The notes beneath the pieces were generated by a model, which saw only the letters and a list, made by a program, of their open reading frames with translations, made no database searches and was not told the DNA's origin. A stretch of 64,000 nt of DNA, from IMG/VR virus record IMGVR_UViG_3300042449_001328, positions 25,690 to 89,689 of that record. One strand, given 5' to 3'. The stretch's first letter is position 1; each line of letters starts with the position of its first letter. Both the position numbers and the translations under genes were made by a program. The DNA is from a virus. Positions 1-10,061 of this stretch are shown here, one piece after another.

Positions 1-964
1 AATATTCTGCTGAAAAGAAAGAGTTATCTTCAATCAAGGGTTTTATCAAATCCCTGCCTGACACATTTATTCTCACTGAATTTTCATCAGTAACTATACT
101 AGTGGTGTCGACCAATCCAATTAAGTCATATACCAATCCTGGCACATCTTGTGCAGACAATTGATTGGCTTGAATCAACTGTGCTTTAGTCTCATTGTTA
201 AGCCTCTCAAATCTGATGTACACTACATCGTTCTGTTGAATGCAGTCTTTGAAGAAAAAAACTGGACGTTTAAATGCTGACTTATCAGGGTCTTTGTCTT
301 CTTTATACTTAGTTACGTGAGAAGTAATCAATATATCTTGATCCACCCCATTGCTAGAATAACTTTTACTTGACTTAGGTTGCCAACCGTTTTCAGGGGT
401 ATATGCTGCTTCAACTGGTAAGAATGAGATATTAAAAGACCCTCCTTGCTTTGTTACGTTTGTGGTACAAGATTCTATAAAAGGCGAAACATCAAGCCAT
501 CCTCCTTCACTCGTTCCTTGTGGCGATGAAGATCTGATCCACATAAAGACACTAAGTTCATTGTTGACCAACTCTACCGTAGTTTCTTTTTTCTTTAGAA
601 CACTTATATAATTAGGGTCTTCGAATAATTGTTGAAGCTGTAATGCTATAAAGGCTTTGTAGTTAGATGTATCAAAAATGTCAGGCTGATCGGTAGTGCC
701 TATAACCTCTCTCATGATCTGATCGTCAGGCACAAGTATATTAGTACCGTGTTTCAGTAAAATATCCTGATACTTACCTGAGTCGTATTTTTCTTGTTGC
801 TCTTTTAGTTCTTGAGCGGTATATCTACGTTTTGCCCTTTGATAATTGGTTATAACAGTATCTCCCTTATAGTCAAGCAAATCTTTGCTTAACAGCAAAG
901 TACGGAAGTTTGTGAGAAACTTTTCTACTGTTTGGTCTTCTAAAGAAGGGATGGTATTGTACAT
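1..964 (-). CDS. Tail/baseplate hub-like structural protein, truncated by the window edge
   Basis: Not in the ORF track; ATG at 964 (MYNTIPSLEDQ...) reads open to position 1 and contains ...VRINVSGRDLIKPLIED; lies directly after the tape-measure-like gene. Confidence 0.55.
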   Translation of the reverse strand, partial: MYNTIPSLEDQTVEKFLTNFRTLLLSKDLLDYKGDTVITNYQRAKRRYTAQELKEQQEKYDSGKYQDILLKHGTNILVPDDQIMREVIGTTDQPDIFDTSNYKAFIALQLQQLFEDPNYISVLKKKETTVELVNNELSVFMWIRSSSPQGTSEGGWLDVSPFIESCTTNVTKQGGSFNISFLPVEAAYTPENGWQPKSSKSYSSNGVDQDILITSHVTKYKEDKDPDKSAFKRPVFFFKDCIQQNDVVYIRFERLNNETKAQLIQANQLSAQDVPGLVYDLIGLVDTTSIVTDENSVRINVSGRDLIKPLIEDNSFFSAEY

Positions 965-970
965 TTACCT

Positions 971-2686
971 TTAATTGCTTTTCTTATCTCTTGCTTGCAA
1001 AGATTTCCACTCTTTTTCAAATTCACTTCTACTCAATCCAGCAACCTTATCATTGCCAGATATTCTATTCAATATATCATCATATATTGCTTTATTGGCT
1101 TCAATCATTCTATCCTTCCATTGGGAAGCCACTGTATCTATACCTACCTTAAAACTAACAGTAAAAGCATTAGTGGCTTCAGCGGTTTCTCTCTCCTGTC
1201 TTGTAGTCAAAGCACTTGCTTGTGACATTGATGAGTTCTGTAAGGTATAGCTCCTTAAAGTTTCATCAGAAACATCCATGTTGCCAGACATGAAGCCTTT
1301 ATATAATTCATTTGAACCAGTTGCACTTATACCAAAAGGTTTTAAAGCAGTTTGGAACATTAACTTATCAATAGAACTACTGGCTCCTCCAGTGATGGCT
1401 AAACTAGATAGGAATTGCCTTAATACTTTAGGATCACTGCCAGCCGTTTCCTGTAAGGCTTGCAGATCGGCAAAGTCAGCATCAGGATTCATCTTCCTTA
1501 AAATCTGATACATTGAGGCTTGTCCGTAAGGAGTGGATGGGTTTTGCATGGCACTCTCCAGTGCCGTCTGATAGCTAGCACCAGTGGCCGAACCTATTGC
1601 AAACATACCACCTACTTGGTTTAGACCTAGCATGGTCTCCATGATGTTTGAAGTATTGGCAAAACCTCCTGACATTAAATGCCCTTGTGTTATAGATGCT
1701 TGTTGAGCCAACGCTTCTGATCTAAGGCCTGGCCTTATGTTCAAAGATTCCATAGCACCAAACAAGTTTGATATAACAGAACCTGAATGCCTTTTGGTTT
1801 GCCTTGCCTGTCTCTCTAACGTCATTATAATGCTGTCATCAAGGTCAGCTATCTTTTTGAATACAATGGTGCTTAATAGATTATCCCTAGTGACAGAACC
1901 AGTGCCTGATTTAGCCATACTTCCAGCTAGTTCTGCTACCTGAATATTATCATATCCATAAGATGTGGCTGGTACACCTACATTATATTCACCGCCTGAG
2001 ATTGCCCTGTAACGCCTTGTGGCTCTTTCAAGATCATCTTTTGCCTGAATACTTCTGGTCAAAGCTGAACCATAAAAACCTGCCGCTTCCCTACCAACAT
2101 AAGCACCTGTGGTACTAGCCCCAAAGCCGTAACCTATTGCGCCTCCTAGCGCAGAACCTTCTATCTGAAGACCCGATGTTAATAAATCCAATCCAGATCT
2201 GGCTGAAGGTATTCTGGATACTACATTGATCGTATCGCGAACTATACCAGCCCTCATGATTGAAGTAAAAGTGCTCTCTCTGTTTTTGCTGCTATCTTCT
2301 GCATCAGAACCTTCGCCTTTAGATGGCATTCTATCTTTTACAATAGAGAGAATATTTTTTAATATAGAGTTGGTCTCATTTAAACTGCCTACAGTAAAGT
2401 TAGTACCACTTCCCGTATTGACACCGTAATTTCTTGCAGTAGAAGAACTAGTCCTAGAGGCATATTCTCTATCTCTAGCCGTACTTTCAGAACGCCTATC
2501 GTTGTATTGTTCGTGTTTTTTTGCAAAGGCTTCTCTTCTAGCTTCATCTTTGGCTTTTGCTTCTTGAGCTCTTTCCCACTCAAGCTCTGCCTTATATTGT
2601 GCTGAAGTCCTATAACTGGTTCTAGGGTCACCTCCACCAGTGACACCGTTGCCTCTACCTGAAAATGTTTGACCTGCGTCTGGCAT
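971..2686 (-). CDS. Tail tape-measure-like protein
   Basis: 571 aa, helical, A/G/S-rich; follows tube and chaperone genes as in SPO1/K-like phages. Confidence 0.6.
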   Translation of the reverse strand: MPDAGQTFSGRGNGVTGGGDPRTSYRTSAQYKAELEWERAQEAKAKDEARREAFAKKHEQYNDRRSESTARDREYASRTSSSTARNYGVNTGSGTNFTVGSLNETNSILKNILSIVKDRMPSKGEGSDAEDSSKNRESTFTSIMRAGIVRDTINVVSRIPSARSGLDLLTSGLQIEGSALGGAIGYGFGASTTGAYVGREAAGFYGSALTRSIQAKDDLERATRRYRAISGGEYNVGVPATSYGYDNIQVAELAGSMAKSGTGSVTRDNLLSTIVFKKIADLDDSIIMTLERQARQTKRHSGSVISNLFGAMESLNIRPGLRSEALAQQASITQGHLMSGGFANTSNIMETMLGLNQVGGMFAIGSATGASYQTALESAMQNPSTPYGQASMYQILRKMNPDADFADLQALQETAGSDPKVLRQFLSSLAITGGASSSIDKLMFQTALKPFGISATGSNELYKGFMSGNMDVSDETLRSYTLQNSSMSQASALTTRQERETAEATNAFTVSFKVGIDTVASQWKDRMIEANKAIYDDILNRISGNDKVAGLSRSEFEKEWKSLQARDKKSN

Positions 2687-2688
2687 AT

Positions 2689-2985
2689 TTATTTTAATTG
2701 GCTAAAGTCTAAATCCTCAAAGCCTTTTTCTATCTCTTTATCGTTTTCCACTGGTCTGATCCAAACATCAGGATTGCCTTTTCTAAACTTTTGATCTTCT
2801 TCTATTTTCTCCCATCTTTTCTTTTCCTGTTCCTCTAGCTTGTATTCTATATATTCAAAAGCTATGTCTATTTGGTTACTATCTCTGTGTTGTTTGCTGT
2901 TGAACATGATAGAGTACTTTCGTCTAAACCAAAGATCATATCTCCATTGATCGTTCCAACGTAAGACTAGTTTTTTTAGGCTCAC
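2689..2985 (-). CDS. Conserved tail-region protein (possible second assembly chaperone)
   Basis: WND..RYDLWFRRKY...FNS..HR; GTGA overlap with upstream gene; between chaperone and tape measure. Confidence 0.45.
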   Translation of the reverse strand: MSLKKLVLRWNDQWRYDLWFRRKYSIMFNSKQHRDSNQIDIAFEYIEYKLEEQEKKRWEKIEEDQKFRKGNPDVWIRPVENDKEIEKGFEDLDFSQLK

Positions 2986-3365
2986 AACTGTTCATCATCT
3001 TTATCTAAATCGTTGATTACTTTTCTCCATTGAGAAATCCAAGGGTAGTAGACTTTATTGTAAGCCTTAATGATTGTTTTTGATTGCAATGGGTCTAGTT
3101 CTAATAGCGAGGATACCGCTAAGTCTTTCTTTAACTGTGGAATAAGTACATTGAACGTAGAGATGGCCTCAATAAGTGTCCATGAGATTTGGCCTGACTC
3201 TGTATAAACCATGTCCCTGTGAGTGCCATTGCTCATTGAGATTTTCATTGCCTCGATGTCGATTAAGGCACCATTTGATGGGAACTTAATCTCGTAGTCA
3301 TTTTCTCCAATTGTAACTGTAATCGCCTTTGAAGGCAATGATGCTTTTTCTTTCTGTTCGCTCAT
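2982..3365 (-). CDS. Putative tail assembly chaperone
   Basis: 127 aa, ITVTIGENDYEIKFP N-terminus, located between tube and tape measure. Confidence 0.5.
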   Translation of the reverse strand: MSEQKEKASLPSKAITVTIGENDYEIKFPSNGALIDIEAMKISMSNGTHRDMVYTESGQISWTLIEAISTFNVLIPQLKKDLAVSSLLELDPLQSKTIIKAYNKVYYPWISQWRKVINDLDKDDEQL

Positions 3366-3376
3366 ATTTTTAAATT

Positions 3377-3397
3377 AAAAAGGTCTCTATTGAGACC
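3377..3397 (-). terminator. Intrinsic terminator overlapping a promoter
   Basis: Minus strand GGTCTC-AATA-GAGACC-TTTTT. Confidence 0.6.
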
Positions 3398-3398
3398 A

Positions 3399-3411
3399 TA
3401 AAAATACTAAA
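3399..3411 (-). promoter_or_regulatory. Putative late promoter TTTAGTATTTTTA
   Basis: Copy of the motif recurring upstream of structural genes. Confidence 0.7.
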
Positions 3412-3480
3412 TATGTAGTGAATGAAAAAATTAAAGATTGTGGTTAACTAAAGTCAATCTTTGTTATAATTTTTATTTAA

Positions 3481-3690
3481 TCATTTTTTTGCAACCACCT
3501 TAGCAACAATATTGCCATTGCTATCAAGATTAAAATTTTCGTCACTTAATTTCCAACAAAGGTTATCTGCTAACTTGCTTTTAGTTTGACGCTTTATAAT
3601 ATTTTGCGCTTCTTTCAAAGAAAATTCAGTTTGTTCGCCAGTTTCTGGATTGGTCATTTTTACTGACATTGGCATTCTTGTTCTCAACAT
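3481..3690 (-). CDS. Hypothetical protein
   Basis: 69 aa co-oriented ORF after tail tube. Confidence 0.55.
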   Translation of the reverse strand: MLRTRMPMSVKMTNPETGEQTEFSLKEAQNIIKRQTKSKLADNLCWKLSDENFNLDSNGNIVAKVVAKK

Positions 3691-3717
3691 ATTTTATATT
3701 GATTAAATAGTTTTAAA

Positions 3718-4200
3718 TTACTGGGGGAACAACACTGGGTCTAAATACCTTCCTGACTGAGAGTGACCAGAAATAGCTCCTTCAGCTAAGTCCATTCCAT
3801 CTGATTCAATAAAGAATCTTTTTATACTAGCATAAGGGGTAGCTTTTGGCTTAATTAACCTTGTATTAGGATCAACTAAATCAGATACTTTCTTAAATAA
3901 ATCCACTTGAACTCCGTCCGTATTCAACAGCAATTGGTCTTCGAATTCTTGATTTGTCTGAACATCTCTACGGATAGCTCCTGGAATTCCTGTGTCTTTA
4001 AAGTTGATCTCATAGAAATCACAACTAAGAGAGCCAGTCCAAGCTGTAGCTGGAGTTTCGCTGGTGAGCAATGTACCTAACCCCATTACCTCAACTCGCC
4101 TGATTGATTCAGTCATTCTCCAGTTGCGCATCTTACCAATAGGCGTACCGTTCACTCTGATAATTGCCAATGCGCCTGTTAACGTTTTAGTATCTGCCAT
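3718..4200 (-). CDS. Tail tube protein
   Basis: 160 aa beta-rich protein immediately downstream of sheath; IRVNGTPIGKM...EVMGLG pattern. Confidence 0.8.
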   Translation of the reverse strand: MADTKTLTGALAIIRVNGTPIGKMRNWRMTESIRRVEVMGLGTLLTSETPATAWTGSLSCDFYEINFKDTGIPGAIRRDVQTNQEFEDQLLLNTDGVQVDLFKKVSDLVDPNTRLIKPKATPYASIKRFFIESDGMDLAEGAISGHSQSGRYLDPVLFPQ

Positions 4201-4224
4201 TTTATTGAATTCTTTTTATTGTAT

Positions 4225-4237
4225 TAAAAATACTAAA
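4225..4237 (-). promoter_or_regulatory. Putative late promoter
   Basis: TTTAGTATTTTTA upstream of tube gene. Confidence 0.7.
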
Positions 4238-4245
4238 TTATCAAA

Positions 4246-6213
4246 TTAAGAAATTGGGTCCAAGAGCAAGCCCGAAAACAGAAGAAAACTAACTTCATAG
4301 TTGGGTATCACACCGTAATTTATAAAGTAAGCATCTCCCTGCACTGTTACTGTAACATTCTGGAAACTGATAATAAGATTATCTAACTGATCTGTCGCTA
4401 CTTTGCTTGTCAAGTATGCTTCAACCCATGTTTTTACATCTTCAGCAGAAAGAGTGTTTCTGTTTGCACCGTTTGGTTTTTTAAGCAAAGTCCTCTTACC
4501 ATTAATTATCAATTCTTTGTTCAACTGTCTAACGATACGAGCAAGTTGTTTACTTGAAGTGCTTCCGTCTGGATTGACTAGATATGAATTGATCTGTAAG
4601 GTGTTTACTCCTTTCACTACTTCAAATGCTGAACCGTCCGCTCTTGTCATCAAAACTCCAGCGTCTAGTCCCGCAATAGCCTCATTGTCTCTCAACTGAT
4701 GTACAACTCCATCTACGCCTATGTTCTTAAATGTCAAAGGTACTTGAGGTGCAAGTCCCGCCTCTCTGCCCATCATTACAGCTGCGTGGTAGATTGATTG
4801 ATAGTTCTTTAACAGTCTACCGTTGAAATCGGTTCTTTTTACCCCTGAATGAACTAAGGTAACAAATTGGCTATTGAACGCTTGTGCCATATTCACAGAA
4901 CTTGTAACACCTGAATTCCACTTAGAACTATCATTGCCTCCACCAATATATACATCTGGTTTGATTTTAGCTGCGGTAGCATAAGCCTGAATTGCTAAGT
5001 TGTTTGCTGACCTTGCGTTATCCCCCCAATTGTCTGCTAAGATAAAATCATAAGTGCTTCCAGCAATTGCGTCAAGGGCTTGTGTCAAATACTGAGATCC
5101 ATAAGTATCTGTACCGCCTGTAAACATTCTAAGAGCAGAGTTGGAACTCAAATCTCCTGCATTCACCAATCCTGTACCTGCTATTGAACTTGATTGTCTT
5201 TCAAAGTAAGACTGGAAGGTAGGGTCAGAATCCATCCACGCAATCAAAGTAGAAATGTTTGAGAACTCAGGCGACTGCGCAACTACTTCTGCGGTTGTGC
5301 TTAACTCGCTCACTCCATCATAAGGAGTGCCGTCACTAATGTCTGTACTTAGCCCTCTGAAAGTTCCCCTTGAGAACTGCATAATAAACCTTGTTGGGTC
5401 TATCACACCAGCAATCATTCTTGCAGCATATCCTCTGGTCAATCTTGTTCCTGTTACACCGCCTGTATATGCTCCAGATATTGATCCTGCACCTGTGGCT
5501 GTTGCGACCAATACTGGTGTGATTGTGTTGGCTGCTATTCCAAGCCCCCTTGGAGCTGAAAATGTTACAGTAGTACTTGTGCTGGACACTACTGCCGATA
5601 TACCTAATGAATTGATTGAATTAACAAGACCTGCTACAACGGATGCTATATTGTCCCCTACTTGGGTAGCGTATGTGGCAATTGTTTCACCGCTAGATGT
5701 GATAGTGAAAGTACTTGTTCCTACAGTACCTGCGTTTGAAATGGTTACAGTAGCTGCACCTCTAGTTTCATCGCCCATAACACCATTCCCTACCCTGCCT
5801 TCTGCTCTATTTCTTAAAGTAAAAGTTCCTCCGTTACCACCTCCACCAGTGAACGTATAAGATACTGAACTTGGTGTAGTCAATGCTGCTTTGATGAATG
5901 TCAAAGATGAAGCACCTTGAGTAGCTCCTCCTCCTGGAAAGAATATTGGACTAGATAAAAACCAAAAAATACCTCCGTGTTGATGTGCTTGTGCCGAACC
6001 TACGTCTGTGAATGTGTATATTGAATCTAGGTTTTGTTTTAACGTTCCAGCTATACCAGAACCTCCGCCAAAAAAGCGGGAGCTGCCCGTGTCGATAATT
6101 AAACAATTCCCGAACTCTAATGCTACGGCTGGATTTTTTATACCGGATTTTACTGTTGAGTAAGCTCCGGGAAGAGAAATTTTACGTCCATCGAAAAAAA
6201 CTGATGTAGCCAT
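4246..6213 (-). CDS. Contractile tail sheath protein
   Basis: N-terminal FDGRKISLPGAYS, C-terminal sheath-like region (KGVNTLQ...LARIVRQLNKEL...FQNVTVTVQGD), T/G-rich insertion domain. Confidence 0.9.
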   Translation of the reverse strand: MATSVFFDGRKISLPGAYSTVKSGIKNPAVALEFGNCLIIDTGSSRFFGGGSGIAGTLKQNLDSIYTFTDVGSAQAHQHGGIFWFLSSPIFFPGGGATQGASSLTFIKAALTTPSSVSYTFTGGGGNGGTFTLRNRAEGRVGNGVMGDETRGAATVTISNAGTVGTSTFTITSSGETIATYATQVGDNIASVVAGLVNSINSLGISAVVSSTSTTVTFSAPRGLGIAANTITPVLVATATGAGSISGAYTGGVTGTRLTRGYAARMIAGVIDPTRFIMQFSRGTFRGLSTDISDGTPYDGVSELSTTAEVVAQSPEFSNISTLIAWMDSDPTFQSYFERQSSSIAGTGLVNAGDLSSNSALRMFTGGTDTYGSQYLTQALDAIAGSTYDFILADNWGDNARSANNLAIQAYATAAKIKPDVYIGGGNDSSKWNSGVTSSVNMAQAFNSQFVTLVHSGVKRTDFNGRLLKNYQSIYHAAVMMGREAGLAPQVPLTFKNIGVDGVVHQLRDNEAIAGLDAGVLMTRADGSAFEVVKGVNTLQINSYLVNPDGSTSSKQLARIVRQLNKELIINGKRTLLKKPNGANRNTLSAEDVKTWVEAYLTSKVATDQLDNLIISFQNVTVTVQGDAYFINYGVIPNYEVSFLLFSGLLLDPIS

Positions 6214-6223
6214 CTGTGTATTT

Positions 6224-7129
6224 TTAATTTTGTTTTAATTTATTGTAATCTTCTAAGTACATCCATTTAAATCCACAAGCAGTTATGGCTTTTGAATGAA
6301 TTACTCGTGAGACAGATCTATTTTTAAAAAATCTAACAGCATCACTTATGCAATCCCATTGCTTAACAAAAGAATCATCCATATTTAACTGGACAATTGA
6401 TTTAGCCACTGGACTATTCTTACCAAATTGTTTTAATTTTTGTAATTCTGTTTTCTTTGTTCCAATCCAACCTCCATTTTTTATCCTTGATAAAACCATT
6501 TTATCAATTACATCTTTTGACCTTTCTCTTCCTTTTAATGGAGTCACCCAACCTTCTGGTCTAATAGGTTTTTTACCTAAATGAGATTCACTTAATTTTC
6601 TTCTATGTTCATCTGAAAATTTTCTACCTTTAGTTGCCCCAACTCTTCCAGTTAAAGTTTTAGATATTTTCTTTTTAGTCTCTTCTGAAATAGAGAAATC
6701 ATAAGTATGTTTTCTAATCTCTTTAGTTCTTTTCATCTTAGCGATACTTTCTTCAGTAGGCTTTCTACCTTTCTTCAAAAGGGACATCTTTAAACACGAC
6801 TCTTCGGTATGCTGTATTCCTTTATTAAAAGCCACTCCCCCTGGAGCTACATTGTAAAACAAGTCTGACTTAACTGCTCCAAAATAGTCGATCCAGTAAA
6901 TTTCTGATTCATTTAAATCTTCTTTGTCTACACAATACTGAAGAATCTCTTTTTGAAAATTTTCAATGCCGTATTTATTAACTGATTTTTGAAAAAACTT
7001 ACCTGACCCTATATAGTTTTTATTACGAGCAGAATTCTTATGCTGCCCAATATACTTCTTCCCATTGACCAAATTTGTGGTACAATAGATTGTTCCAAAA
7101 CAATTATCTTGATTAGGCAGTAAGCTCAT
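6224..7129 (-). mobile_element. Free-standing GIY-YIG homing endonuclease (Seg-like) with NUMOD3-type repeats and C-terminal NUMOD1-type domain
   Basis: GTIYCTTNLVNGKKYIGQH...YIGSG; repeats HTEESCLKMS, SEETKKKIS, FSDEHRRKLSESHLGK; C-terminal VKQWDCISDA...CGFKWMY. Confidence 0.9.
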
Positions 7130-7134
7130 TAAAT

Positions 7135-7147
7135 TAAAAATACTAAA
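7135..7147 (-). promoter_or_regulatory. Putative late promoter
   Basis: TTTAGTATTTTTA just upstream of the endonuclease ATG. Confidence 0.65.
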
Positions 7148-7177
7148 AAAAGGTGTAGATTTTAATTTAAAGATTTT

Positions 7178-8578
7178 TCACTTTTTAGGAAATTTTAGTG
7201 AAATTTTAAAATCTTCTTTTTCTTGATCGGTTTTTAAAGAATCGAATTTATCTAAATTATTGTTTCTTTCTTCTGTGGTTTTACCCCAATCCAGATTGTT
7301 CATAAATACTTTTTTATTTGACTGGTCTAGATGGGATTCAAAAGACTTCTTGCCATGCAATACCGTTGAACCGTCTGCGTCTTTTTTGTGATAATAGGTA
7401 TAGTGTGCGTCTGCTGCGTCTTTATGATCTTGTTTTGAAAAGTCTTTGTAAGAATCGTGGTCTGCTGTTCTGTTTTCGTAAATAGGCTTCCCACTTTTTG
7501 TATGTCCAATAATTTTCCCGCCCCTTGACCCCTCACCGCCTTTCATGAGATCGTAATTTGAGTTAGATTTTTTTAAATTAGATTTTTCTTCACGATCCGC
7601 TGCTGCATGAGTTAAATGACGATGAACTTCATGATCTTCAAGATACGCATTGTGTTTAATAGCAGTGCTTTTATCTTTATTGGGAGCCATCATGTATCTT
7701 GAATAAGAACCTTTATCTTTGCCTTTATTAGGCTGTATATGTTCTATTTGTTTATGACCTTGGTAATCAACTAAGGTTTGATGATTTTCACCAGATTTTA
7801 ATTTTTCCAAAGCCTGATCTGCATAATCTTGATGCCTTTTATAAATTGGAGACCCGCTTGAGGTATGCCCTAAAACCTCTCCACCTCTACTGCCTTCACC
7901 GCCCTTCATGAAGTCGGGGTCTGAGTCGGATTTTTTGATTGAATTACCTATTTTTGCAATTCTATCATAAGTTTCTTTTTTCTTTGCTTCAGAATCAGCT
8001 ATTATTCCAGCAACTTTTTTATGAACTTCCGCATTCTTTTTATTTCCTGCTTTCTCATGATGAGCGGCGGCGTCTCTATGATCTTGTTCACTCCAATCTA
8101 ACATAGATGGATGATTTTTTTCATAAATAGGTTTGCCACTCTTTGTATGCCCAATGATATGGCCTCCACGAGAGCCTTCGCCTGATTTGGCTTTGATGAG
8201 GTCGAGGTCTGAGTCGGATTTTTTAACATTTTCTGTATGCTTTTCTAACTCATGATCGTCATATACTCCATCTCCTCCACCATCATAGTATACACGAAAA
8301 CGTTTTCCGCCAATTAGTTCTCTATGTATCTTGCCAATAAATGTAGAACCATTAGGCGTTTTACCAGTAACAATATCACCAACCTTATGTCTTCCTGAAC
8401 CAACTCCACCTTTAACTAGCAAGTTCTCAAGCTGCTCTTTTGCGCTCTCAAAAGTTTGTTCATCAATCAAACCTTTGTTGAAGTTATCTGTAATGATTTG
8501 AAGTGGAGTTCTGTCTTCTTTAAAAGAACCTAAGATATTGTGGCCTTGATAGTCAGCTTTTGAAATTATGTTATCCAT
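7178..8578 (-). CDS. Modular putative internal head polyprotein (3 GGEGSRGG-IGHT-SG-PIY modules)
   Basis: Repeats preceded by LIK/A, FMK/G, LMK/G linkers; His/Lys-rich; embedded among neck/tail genes. Confidence 0.65.
   Translation of the reverse strand: MDNIISKADYQGHNILGSFKEDRTPLQIITDNFNKGLIDEQTFESAKEQLENLLVKGGVGSGRHKVGDIVTGKTPNGSTFIGKIHRELIGGKRFRVYYDGGGDGVYDDHELEKHTENVKKSDSDLDLIKAKSGEGSRGGHIIGHTKSGKPIYEKNHPSMLDWSEQDHRDAAAHHEKAGNKKNAEVHKKVAGIIADSEAKKKETYDRIAKIGNSIKKSDSDPDFMKGGEGSRGGEVLGHTSSGSPIYKRHQDYADQALEKLKSGENHQTLVDYQGHKQIEHIQPNKGKDKGSYSRYMMAPNKDKSTAIKHNAYLEDHEVHRHLTHAAADREEKSNLKKSNSNYDLMKGGEGSRGGKIIGHTKSGKPIYENRTADHDSYKDFSKQDHKDAADAHYTYYHKKDADGSTVLHGKKSFESHLDQSNKKVFMNNLDWGKTTEERNNNLDKFDSLKTDQEKEDFKISLKFPKK
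8163..8223. repeat. 61-nt exact direct repeat, copy 1 (encodes KSDSDLDLIKAKSGEGSRGG)
   Basis: Identical to 14122-14182; partial third copy near 7918-7935. Confidence 0.9.
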
Positions 8579-8582
8579 ATTG

Positions 8583-8595
8583 TAAAATTACTAAA
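8583..8595 (-). promoter_or_regulatory. Putative late promoter, probably leaderless transcript
   Basis: TTTAGTAATTTTA-CAAT-ATG. Confidence 0.65.
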
Positions 8596-8602
8596 ATTAT
8601 TT

Positions 8603-9301
8603 TTAAAAAGAACTATCGTCAACCAAATATAATGAGTAGTTTAATTGATTTATTATGGTGTTCACTAGCAATTCTGGGGCTACTGTTTCGTATTCAAAAC
8701 TGATTGTGATAGGCCTTATAAACCTTCTTTCTGGGGCTGATTCGTTCAATCTTACATCTCCGCCACCTAGTTTTATGTTCAATAATCCTGATAGCTCTAA
8801 GTGATTGATACAAGATATAAGGATCATCTTTATGATTGAATAGATGGCTATTACCTCATTCTTATTGTCTGCCATGATAACTATATGATAGGTAGCAGAA
8901 AACCTTCTTCCAAACTGAGCTCTCCAAGTGTCACCAAAACCGTCATTGTTTGTGTCTGTAACAAATTCAGGATAGTCACCTTCCCCTATCTGAAGTGAAT
9001 TAGTTCTATCACTTTCACTAGGTAGGCTTATATGGATTGATATAGGTCTTTTGCTGTCGTGATCGTAGCTCAGTTTTACTTCAATGTAGTTTGGGTCTTC
9101 TGGGGTATTGCATATCAGCTTCTTTAGATTATCGTACATGATGTACTTACCTAAAGCAAGTCCGTTGTACATGGTGTACAATAGGCTTTTCTGCTCATTA
9201 CCTGCTATCACTGCGTTCTTGAAATCTTTTCGGAAAGCATCTAGGCCGTTCTTCAGCGTGTCCGCTAGTATTGAATCTGGTATGATTAAGTTTGTTGCCA
9301 T
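8603..9301 (-). CDS. Tail completion/terminator-like neck protein
   Basis: 232 aa; ISIHISLPSE...FSATYHIVIM...FIRPITISFEYE; position upstream of sheath. Confidence 0.55.
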   Translation of the reverse strand: MATNLIIPDSILADTLKNGLDAFRKDFKNAVIAGNEQKSLLYTMYNGLALGKYIMYDNLKKLICNTPEDPNYIEVKLSYDHDSKRPISIHISLPSESDRTNSLQIGEGDYPEFVTDTNNDGFGDTWRAQFGRRFSATYHIVIMADNKNEVIAIYSIIKMILISCINHLELSGLLNIKLGGGDVRLNESAPERRFIRPITISFEYETVAPELLVNTIINQLNYSLYLVDDSSF

Positions 9302-9302
9302 T

Positions 9303-10058
9303 TTATGCTAAACCTGAATTAACTAACCAAGCATCTATTGCCTGACCTACTTCTACTTCTTTGTTCAATTCACTTAACGCTCTTTGAGAAAAGTTTCTAG
9401 CTACAAGTCCGGGGTGCAACCACGATGCAGGATCTGAATTTTCACTCACCCTTCTAAAAGACATGAATGTGTTTTGCTTGGTAACGCTATCCTGTTTCTT
9501 TGTCAACCCTTCGTATATTGAATTCTTATGCTCATACATTTCAAATTGCTTTGGCTTCATCTCTACTTTATGCGTCTTTTTTTCTTCAAAAGGTTTTGGG
9601 ATTTCAGATAAGGTAAGGGGTTTATCTACTTCTCTATCTTTCATTTCTTGATAAATCTCCTTTGGCATTAGCCCGCCATTGAAGTTTTCTTCAAGTGAAG
9701 TTGGTGTACCAACATAGAAAGGTACTGTATTGTATTTTTTGCCGTCTTTTGAAGTTTTTGCTTTAGGCCCATTTAAAATACCTTCCTTAATATCAAAAGC
9801 AGGTGATCCGCTCTCAATCATGTTAGGGAATTGTCCTACCAGCATAACTGATGCTGTGCCTTTGCCATTGTCTTTTACCACTAGGGATCTGACGTATTGC
9901 TGCCTACTGGCATGTAGCTCTCTTACAGCCAACTCTTCCCAATTTGCCGCATAAGATGCTGCTATTGTCTTAACCACATAGTTCACCAAGTCATCAGCTT
10001 GTGCCTGAGTCATTGGGTATTGCTCTGACAGGGATTTGGTATCAATGAATATATCCAT
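9303..10058 (-). CDS. Neck/tail-completion protein (Herelleviridae-type)
   Basis: PNMIESGSPAFDIK, KYNTVPF, FMSFRRVSENSDPASWLHPG motifs resemble SPO1/K-like neck proteins. Confidence 0.65.
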   Translation of the reverse strand: MDIFIDTKSLSEQYPMTQAQADDLVNYVVKTIAASYAANWEELAVRELHASRQQYVRSLVVKDNGKGTASVMLVGQFPNMIESGSPAFDIKEGILNGPKAKTSKDGKKYNTVPFYVGTPTSLEENFNGGLMPKEIYQEMKDREVDKPLTLSEIPKPFEEKKTHKVEMKPKQFEMYEHKNSIYEGLTKKQDSVTKQNTFMSFRRVSENSDPASWLHPGLVARNFSQRALSELNKEVEVGQAIDAWLVNSGLA

Positions 10059-10061
10059 TTT

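Noticed and set aside
2960-3040. Lambda G/GT-type frameshift between tail chaperone genes
   Set aside because: No convincing XXXYYYZ heptamer before the stop; GTGA overlap fits translational coupling
6214-7177. Group I intron around the GIY-YIG endonuclease
   Set aside because: Flanks are only about 10 and 48 nt, neighbours are intact, and the gene has its own promoter box; free-standing
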